A stretch of 64,000 nucleotides of DNA from a virus. The stretch spans positions 1 through 64,000 of IMG/VR virus record IMGVR_UViG_3300045988_120248. The stretch is one strand, 5' to 3'. The position numbers and the translations under genes were made by a program. Each line of letters begins with the position of its first letter. The first letter of the stretch is position 1. Positions 57,755 to 64,000 of this stretch are shown here, piece after piece. The notes beneath the pieces are model-generated. The model searched no databases. It had not been told where the DNA came from and saw nothing but the letters and a program-made list of their open reading frames with translations.

Positions 57755-59161
57755 ATGCCGCTGACGAAAATCAAAAGACCAGTTGCAACCGGTCAACTCA
57801 AGGTGCTTCAAAAGCTGAATCCGTATGAGTTTGGCGTTGAACTGTGGTTGATGCGTGAAGGGGTCAACCAGAACCGGTGGAATTATCAGAACTTGGAGAA
57901 ATACTACAAGACGTTCGTGGGACGGCCAATTCTGATTGCCTACGTCATGGGGAAAATCGGCGACGGTCACAACAGCCAACGCAAAACTGACCCAAGAACA
58001 GGTGAACAGTATAACTCCTATACGGATGGGACGGCGGAACGCATTGTTGGAACGCTGTCAGATGATGAACGTGATTTCTCCCTCCAAAAGAGGGATGGTC
58101 AGACTTGGATTGTGGCGCGTGGAAAACTCTTCGCTTTCTATGCAAAGGAAACCGTAGATGAAATCGTGCGAACAGGGCGCATGGATGTGTCTGTGGAAAC
58201 CTTGATAGACGAAAACCACATGGACGGAGATGTCGAAGTTGAGGATGTCTGGTCTGGGGTTGGCGTCACGATCTTAGGAGCGGGCGTTGCTCCGGCTATT
58301 CCGGGGGCCAACATCGCTCGACTTGCCGCATTGGATGAAGAATTTAAAACATTGAAACTCAAAGCGGCATCTTTGCAGAAGGCCCCGGATAAGAACAATG
58401 CCCCGGATAACGGGAGTCTATCACACAAAGGAGTGAAAGATTTGAAAACTTATAACAAAAGACAGCTTGCTGAACTGGCAGCGCGTTTTACGGATTATAA
58501 GGTTCTGGCGGCGGGCGAGAAGGACGGGAAAGTCTATGTTTGCCTGATGGCGAAGAATGGCGCGTACAAGTACTACGTCATTGAGAATTCCGCAGAAACC
58601 ATTGTACCTGAACGTTTCCAGAGCATGTCTGTCAATGCGTCCATGCAGGTGGGCGAAGACTGCATCACCATGGAGGCACAGGACTTCGTGGATATGGTCG
58701 TCGTGGAAAACACAGACCGTCTGAATGCAGCCGAAAGCAAGGTTAATTCTCTGAACAAGGAACTTGAAACTGCAAATGCACAGCTCGATGCCATGCGTGA
58801 GTTTGAAAACAAGCGTCGGCTGAATGCTGCCAAGGACAAGGCAAAGGCAACTCTCGCAAAGTTCAATGCGAACCGTGAGCAGAAGGTTGCTGAAAGTGCC
58901 ATCGACAACATTCTGACCGATATCGAAGCTGGCCTCTACACGAACAGCTGCGACAAGGACAAGAACTGGACTGGCGAAACCGAGGTTGCGAAGGCCGTCT
59001 ACGCGGTTTGCGGTGCAGCTGTCGAGAAGATGGATGCGGAAGCCGCTCAGAGAAACAGAACAGTTTACGCATGGGACAAGTTCAAGAACAACAGCGGCGA
59101 AGACGATGGTTCCATCAATGGGCTGCTTGCCAAGTGGGGCGTCGAAGCTGCATCGAAGTAA
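57755..59161 (+). CDS. putative scaffold (or protease-scaffold) protein (468 aa)
   Basis: Position before the capsid gene; the C-terminal half is coiled-coil rich. Confidence 0.4.
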   Translation: MPLTKIKRPVATGQLKVLQKLNPYEFGVELWLMREGVNQNRWNYQNLEKYYKTFVGRPILIAYVMGKIGDGHNSQRKTDPRTGEQYNSYTDGTAERIVGTLSDDERDFSLQKRDGQTWIVARGKLFAFYAKETVDEIVRTGRMDVSVETLIDENHMDGDVEVEDVWSGVGVTILGAGVAPAIPGANIARLAALDEEFKTLKLKAASLQKAPDKNNAPDNGSLSHKGVKDLKTYNKRQLAELAARFTDYKVLAAGEKDGKVYVCLMAKNGAYKYYVIENSAETIVPERFQSMSVNASMQVGEDCITMEAQDFVDMVVVENTDRLNAAESKVNSLNKELETANAQLDAMREFENKRRLNAAKDKAKATLAKFNANREQKVAESAIDNILTDIEAGLYTNSCDKDKNWTGETEVAKAVYAVCGAAVEKMDAEAAQRNRTVYAWDKFKNNSGEDDGSINGLLAKWGVEAASK

Positions 59162-59178
59162 GAGAGGAGTGAACAGAA

Positions 59179-59760
59179 ATGTTTAATGCAAAAACTGCAT
59201 TTGAGGCCCGCGTGACGAACAACTCCCGCAATGACCTCATCAATGTTACCGGCAGATATCAGGCGTCCAGCGCGGATGCAGACTGTGATGCCGGCCGTCT
59301 GGTCATCCGAAATGGCCAGCTTCCGTGCGCCGGTTTTACCGGAGTGAAGAATGAGAATGCGTGGTACATGAACGACGCTACTTCCACCACTACAGCTGGT
59401 GATGTGGTATATGCCGCGAATACCTACGAAATCCAGCTTCTTCAGGGTAAGCATGGCAACATGTATGCCGTTGGCACGGAAACACTTGGCCTTGGCATTC
59501 CTGCCGGCCGCGACGGTACGTTTACCAAGATCGTCTTCGACGGCGACCATGCGTACCGCTTCGGCATTGGCAACGTCAATGCCGCACTGAGCACCAATCA
59601 ATTCTTCACCATTGATGCAGGCCAGTTGAAGCCCGCAGCTTCCGCCCCGACCGGCAATGGTGCGCTGTACTTCAAACTGCTTGGAACTGGCAACTTCACC
59701 GAAGGAACCACTTCCAGCTTCGAGTACGTTGACGTGCAGGCCTTCACGGTCTACGCATAA
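59179..59760 (+). CDS. hypothetical head-module protein (193 aa)
   Basis: RBS AGAGGAG; adjacent to the capsid gene. Confidence 0.45.
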   Translation: MFNAKTAFEARVTNNSRNDLINVTGRYQASSADADCDAGRLVIRNGQLPCAGFTGVKNENAWYMNDATSTTTAGDVVYAANTYEIQLLQGKHGNMYAVGTETLGLGIPAGRDGTFTKIVFDGDHAYRFGIGNVNAALSTNQFFTIDAGQLKPAASAPTGNGALYFKLLGTGNFTEGTTSSFEYVDVQAFTVYA

Positions 59761-59777
59761 GGAAGGAGTGAATATCA

Positions 59778-61007
59778 ATGCCGAGAATCAATCTTAACAG
59801 CGTTTCTGCTGATGTTTTCCGCGTGAATGCTTCCACTGGAGAAGCCCAGCGTGCGGATATCGTCTCCAAGGGCCGTGTCCTCTTCTATGAGCACGCTCTT
59901 ACGGGCAAGGAAGCGATGCTGGCCGTCAACGGCCTTCAGTCCACTGGCATTTCCCATATGCTGTCCGCGAACGGCTACAAGGATCTGAACGAGAAATTCC
60001 AGCGCGAACAGCTTATGTATGCGGCAAAGATTTGCTGCGCACAGACTGGTGAGACTGCTCCTGCGGACTTTGAGTCCTTCAAGAGAAACGGTCAGCTCTT
60101 TTATGGCAATGCCGCTTTCTATCGTGTCCTTCAGGGCATTTGGCAGGAAGTCGTTTATCCGATTCTTCCCAATGTATTCTCCGAAGCCGTCGATTTCTTT
60201 GCAGAAACCGTTCAGGTCGGCTTTGGCGAGACTCATACAATCTCCATCGGATCTAACGACATTCCCATCTTCCAGGATTCTTCTTGGGGTGCATCCAGAA
60301 GCGTTCCTCGCAACCGCTTCTACAGCAAGGATTACACGCTGAATCCGCAGCCGAAGACCGCTCAGATCACCGCAAAGTGGCATCAACTTGTCGGTAACAA
60401 CACCGACTTCGGCGCGTTCTTTGCGAACCTCGTTGCTGGCATGTATGCGAAGGTTATGGGCATGTGGAACCAGTCTATGACTCTGGCTGCGGCCGACACT
60501 ACGCTCATCCCCACGAACCTGAACCAGACGTTCACCAACCAGAACTGGATTTCTCTGGCGAACAAGCTGTCTACCGTCAACAACGTCGGTCTGCGCACCA
60601 TCATCGCTACCGGTTCTCCGGTCGCTCTGAGCAAGGTTCTGCCGACGCAGGCTACCGGCTCCACCAACGTCAACATGGACGCCGCTCTTGCGATGCTCCT
60701 CGGCACTCAGTACAACAGCACCGGTATGCTGGGTGAGTTCCTTGGCGTTCGCCTGATGCCGCTCCGTGACGCTGCGAGCCCGTTGAAGCTGAACACCGAG
60801 CCGACGACCATCCTGTCTGCAAACGACATTTGGATGCTGTCTGCTGCCGGCCGTAAGCCTCTGACCATTGCTTACAACGCCGAAACGCCCATTACCATCG
60901 AAATCGACCCGACTCGCACGGCCGACTTCGAGATGGGCATCAACCTCACGACCGCTCTTGATTCGGTTGCAACGTTCTCCAGTAAGGTCGGACACGTGAC
61001 TGTTTGA
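59778..61007 (+). CDS. putative major capsid protein (409 aa)
   Basis: Size, position, RBS AAGGAGTG, and a strong hairpin directly downstream. Confidence 0.55.
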   Translation: MPRINLNSVSADVFRVNASTGEAQRADIVSKGRVLFYEHALTGKEAMLAVNGLQSTGISHMLSANGYKDLNEKFQREQLMYAAKICCAQTGETAPADFESFKRNGQLFYGNAAFYRVLQGIWQEVVYPILPNVFSEAVDFFAETVQVGFGETHTISIGSNDIPIFQDSSWGASRSVPRNRFYSKDYTLNPQPKTAQITAKWHQLVGNNTDFGAFFANLVAGMYAKVMGMWNQSMTLAAADTTLIPTNLNQTFTNQNWISLANKLSTVNNVGLRTIIATGSPVALSKVLPTQATGSTNVNMDAALAMLLGTQYNSTGMLGEFLGVRLMPLRDAASPLKLNTEPTTILSANDIWMLSAAGRKPLTIAYNAETPITIEIDPTRTADFEMGINLTTALDSVATFSSKVGHVTV

Positions 61008-61016
61008 CCTCTCCTC

Positions 61017-61102
61017 GCGGGGCGGGTTTTACCTCCAGCCCGTCCCGCACCATATGGCTCTGCATGGTGCTGCGAGAGACGGTTCGAGTCCGGACGGAGC
61101 CA
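61017..61102 (+). other. structured intergenic region: GC hairpin (61017-61048) + tRNA-like acceptor/T-arm minihelix (61056-61102)
   Basis: Hairpin GCGGGGCGGG/CCCGTCCCGC. GGCTCTG pairs with CGGAGCC, flanking a GGTTCGAGTCC T-loop-like motif. Confidence 0.35.
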
Positions 61103-61149
61103 ACATACGTGGAGGAAAATAGCCATTAAATCTGGAAGGAGTGTGCGAC

Positions 61150-62046
61150 ATGGCTGAAAACAAGAACACTGGAAAGAAACCCGGAAGACCGAAGAAAACG
61201 CCTGTGGCGGAGGAAGTCAAGGAAGAAGATGTTTTCTTTGATGTTCCGGAAGAAGATCATACCGCGAATACTGCTGAAAAGGCAGAAACGGGCAAAGAAA
61301 ATATCCTGTCTGTCAATGCAGATGATGTGACAGGAATCCGATACGACGGAAGCGAAGTCCCGCTGACGGAAGTTGCGCCTGAATTGGCGGGTGAAACCGT
61401 TGAAGTTCACAAGGAAACGAACAATCAGGCAGAACCGACGTTCACGATGGCAGATGTGCAGAAGATGGTAGCCGATGCGGTTGCCAAGGCGGTTGCAAAT
61501 GTACAGCCGCAGACACCTGTGACTCCGCAGATTATTCAGGTAGCAAATGACTCCGAAATGGTGCATTTCCTCTGGGAAGCTCCTGTTGCGGACGATAACG
61601 TCGTATTCTTCGGAGAAGGCGGCATCTTCGGTCAGATCGTAGGCAAGAGTGGGAGTTTCTATGTGCCGCACCGTGATCTCTCCCGCGTTCTGACGGACGT
61701 GAACCGTGTCTTTATGGCGCGCAGATGGCTGATCGTTGTGTCCGGACTGAGTGACGATGAGCGCGAGGCACTTGGCGTCAACTATAAGGATGGCGAAATC
61801 CTTGACAAGAGAGTATTCGCAAGGATGGCGGAATACAGCGATGAAATGCTGTCGCTTTACCCGAAGCTTTGCGAAGGCCACAAGAAGATGGTCGCGCAGA
61901 CCTATGCGGAAGAATACGCGCTGGGCAATCCCAACATCACGCGAGAAATCGTCGTAAAACTGAACGAAATGAGCAAGACCCCGAAGAACCAGAGGGGTGA
62001 CTTCATCTCCATTATCGAAGAAATGAACGCGCGGGACGCGCAGTAA
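61150..62046 (+). CDS. hypothetical structural-module protein (298 aa)
   Basis: Start MAENKNT behind GGAAGGAG. Confidence 0.55.
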   Translation: MAENKNTGKKPGRPKKTPVAEEVKEEDVFFDVPEEDHTANTAEKAETGKENILSVNADDVTGIRYDGSEVPLTEVAPELAGETVEVHKETNNQAEPTFTMADVQKMVADAVAKAVANVQPQTPVTPQIIQVANDSEMVHFLWEAPVADDNVVFFGEGGIFGQIVGKSGSFYVPHRDLSRVLTDVNRVFMARRWLIVVSGLSDDEREALGVNYKDGEILDKRVFARMAEYSDEMLSLYPKLCEGHKKMVAQTYAEEYALGNPNITREIVVKLNEMSKTPKNQRGDFISIIEEMNARDAQ

Positions 62047-62087
62047 ACATTGCGCCGCAAGCGGGCGCAGGAAAGAGGTATTGAAAC

Positions 62088-63083
62088 ATGAGTAGTCCTG
62101 TCTATAGTGAGTTTTCCTTTGCGCCTGCGTCCGCATACGCGGCAAGCAAAAACGTTCTGCCGACGATTCGGACGGCAGTTGAAACCAACTTCAGCGACCA
62201 TCTTTGGAATGGTTCGGAAGCGGAAATCCTCGGCGTCGAGATGACAGCCGCCGCATCTTTCACGGTGAAACTGAACCGCGAAACGCAGCTGACAGCAAAG
62301 CCGGAAGGCGATGTATTTACTGTCCGGTATTATGGCCCGATTGAATATATCGTATTCAGTGCAGCTACAACACTTACCTATATGCACGTCAGATGGGCGG
62401 CGCAGAACAGGGTGCATGGAGTTGTTACGCTTACCGCTGTCACCGGCGCAAAAGTATCTCGTGGCGGTTATACAGTTCCAGAATCCGATGCTGGAAAGTA
62501 TGAGCTGCAAGTCGGGGGCTATATCGTTACGGCAAACGGAGTAAACAGCGGATTCTTCTATAATCTCGAAAATGCAGTTACGGTCAAGACCAGCATTGAG
62601 AGCGCAACTATTGTGGTGAGCGCGGCGCTTACCTATACGGGAAGCGAACAAACCAAAACGGTTACAAGCGTGACGCTCGGTGGAACAGAGCTTACGGCTG
62701 AAACGGATTACACCGTATCGGACAACAAAGGTACGAACGCCGGAGCATATTCCCTCCGAATTGACGGAATCGGAAACTATAAGGGAACCATCATTGTTCC
62801 GTGGACGATTGCAAAGGCCAGTGCTGGATTGAGCGTCAGTCCAGAAGCAATCGAAATGTCCGCTGGTGCAACCGAAACATTTACGATTACGACTGCATCA
62901 AATAGTCAGCTTACCATCGAAAACAGCAACCCTTCTGCGGTAGCAATCAGCCCAGTTGTGAACAATACCACCGTCACCATAGAGGGACTGAATGCAGGTG
63001 ATGCGGTTCTGTCTATCGTGCAGGAAGAAAACGACAACTATCTGGCAGGACAGGCGCAATGCACTGTTACTGTCAAGGCTTAA
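62088..63083 (+). CDS. Ig-like (Big_2-type) domain structural protein (331 aa)
   Basis: C-terminus ..LSVSPEAIEMSAGATETFTITT...VTIEGLNAGDAVLSIV.. is Big_2-like. Confidence 0.5.
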   Translation: MSSPVYSEFSFAPASAYAASKNVLPTIRTAVETNFSDHLWNGSEAEILGVEMTAAASFTVKLNRETQLTAKPEGDVFTVRYYGPIEYIVFSAATTLTYMHVRWAAQNRVHGVVTLTAVTGAKVSRGGYTVPESDAGKYELQVGGYIVTANGVNSGFFYNLENAVTVKTSIESATIVVSAALTYTGSEQTKTVTSVTLGGTELTAETDYTVSDNKGTNAGAYSLRIDGIGNYKGTIIVPWTIAKASAGLSVSPEAIEMSAGATETFTITTASNSQLTIENSNPSAVAISPVVNNTTVTIEGLNAGDAVLSIVQEENDNYLAGQAQCTVTVKA

Positions 63084-63107
63084 TATAGGAAAGGCGGCGG
63101 TCGAACC

Positions 63108-63257
63108 ATGGACAGCAAGGAAAGAATTGAGGCTCTATGCGGCATCATCGAATCTCTTCTGCTTCTGATTGAGGATGAGGCTGCCGCCGATTGTATCCGG
63201 GAGGAATACCAAAATACTATGAACGATTCTTCCTATGAAAAGGAGGAATGGGACTAA
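63108..63257 (+). CDS. hypothetical small acidic protein (49 aa)
   Basis: Own translation: MDSKERIEALCGIIESLLLLIEDEAAADCIREEYQNTMNDSSYEKEEWD. Confidence 0.4.
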   Translation: MDSKERIEALCGIIESLLLLIEDEAAADCIREEYQNTMNDSSYEKEEWD

Positions 63258-63970
63258 TGGGAACCTCTTGGAGCGATATCATTACAAATCACGCCATGGT
63301 TATTATCGGCGATGACCGAATGACAGATGACCTGAGAACAGACGCAGCACTGTTTTTCCGACGTATGAGCGCATGGGTGAAAATGGCAATCCCTATGTTG
63401 AAAAGCCCGCCCGAACTGCTTGTGTTCCTGACAGAAGGACTTGAAGAACCACAGTATTCCGATTTCGATTGGACAAGCGAACAGAACAGTACAACGCAGG
63501 AAACAACGATTCAGACAGGAAAAGTTGGATATGAACTTTGCAGCTGCGTAAGTGTGCAGTACGCACGAAACGGGGATGCTTCATTTGTTCCATATACAGA
63601 TTTTACCTACGACTCCGAAACGGGAAATGTAACATTTCCACAGCAGGACAACGCAGGTATCGAATATCGTTTAGACTTCTATACAGACGGCCATTTTTAT
63701 CACGAACTTACGCTCAAACAGAAACGTCTATTGGGATTGGCCGTCGCGGTGACATGGGATAACCGCTTTAACCGTGAATGGCTGAACATCCAGCCGAAAA
63801 TAAAGGACAAGAGTTTTAATACACCGAACGAAAACACCACTATGAAGGAATCGACGGCTCGGTACAAGGAAAATTTGCAGTTATTCTACGATGAACTGCG
63901 TGGATATGAGCAGGAATGCGCGTATATGCGCCAGGTAAATCCAATGCGGCGTGTGTTCACGCTGCTCTAA
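63257..63970 (+). CDS. hypothetical structural-module protein (237 aa)
   Basis: TAATG coupling; ORF 63248..63970 trimmed. Confidence 0.55.
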   Translation: MGTSWSDIITNHAMVIIGDDRMTDDLRTDAALFFRRMSAWVKMAIPMLKSPPELLVFLTEGLEEPQYSDFDWTSEQNSTTQETTIQTGKVGYELCSCVSVQYARNGDASFVPYTDFTYDSETGNVTFPQQDNAGIEYRLDFYTDGHFYHELTLKQKRLLGLAVAVTWDNRFNREWLNIQPKIKDKSFNTPNENTTMKESTARYKENLQLFYDELRGYEQECAYMRQVNPMRRVFTLL

Positions 63971-64000
63971 GAAGCATTCGAAAGGGGGCTGGACAGCATG

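Noticed and set aside
59775-62651. Minus ORFs 59775..60995 (406 aa), 61126..62145 (339 aa) and 61902..62651 (249 aa)
   Set aside because: They are antisense to the capsid and downstream structural genes in a strictly plus-strand late operon.

Overview
The window is a patchwork of mobile and phage DNA from a Firmicutes/Clostridia-type genome, judged by GGAGG-type RBSs and many ATGA/overlap-coupled small genes. I see six blocks.

- **Block 1 (1-930):** the 5' part of an IS200/IS605-family tnpB gene running off the left edge, with a left-end hairpin and an 11-bp tandem repeat.
- **Block 2 (0.9-10.4 kb):** about 25 small genes, all on the minus strand. Recognisable products are a Bro-N/KilAC antirepressor, a DUF551 protein, RHH proteins and an ArdC-like protein. 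Nine small transcription units each start behind the same 27-28 bp promoter-like motif. On the coding strand it reads GGGACA-N15/16-TAGAxx and is often fused to a hairpin.
- **Block 3 (10.4-13.8 kb):** a visibly GC-rich plus-strand operon. It diverges from a consensus promoter embedded in five ATACGGTTAA direct repeats and ends with a sigma-region-4-like HTH gene.
- **Block 4 (13.8-14.8 kb):** a roughly 1-kb non-coding junction with C4+ runs, an alternating CG/TG tract and a G16 homopolymer.
- **Block 5 (14.9-31.6 kb):** a plus-strand phage-like early/replication module with no integrase or structural genes in the window. It encodes YopX, Lar, families of Zn-ribbon paralogs, an SNF2-helicase/DNA-methyltransferase fusion, DUF3310, a SleB-like hydrolase, SSB, a replisome organizer with internal iterons, a DnaC-like loader and dUTPase.
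- **Block 6 (31.8-64 kb):** a tRNA 3' fragment (att site) followed by the left two-thirds of a temperate phage.
  - Lysogeny module: tyrosine integrase, two XRE regulators and a cro-like gene with operators.
  - Recombination genes: YqaJ exonuclease, DUF1351, RecT, an SSB-like protein and DUF1064.
  - Accessory genes: a motif-permuted, twice frame-disrupted C5-methyltransferase, a ThyX-like gene, ASCH and three tandem Lar genes.
  - Late operon: a late promoter plus terminator, small and large terminase, portal, an inserted two-gene cassette, scaffold, capsid and an Ig-like protein.

No CRISPR array, rRNA or complete tRNA is present. Functional calls come from motifs I recognise by eye. Most small ORFs stay hypothetical, and many starts were refined from RBS context.
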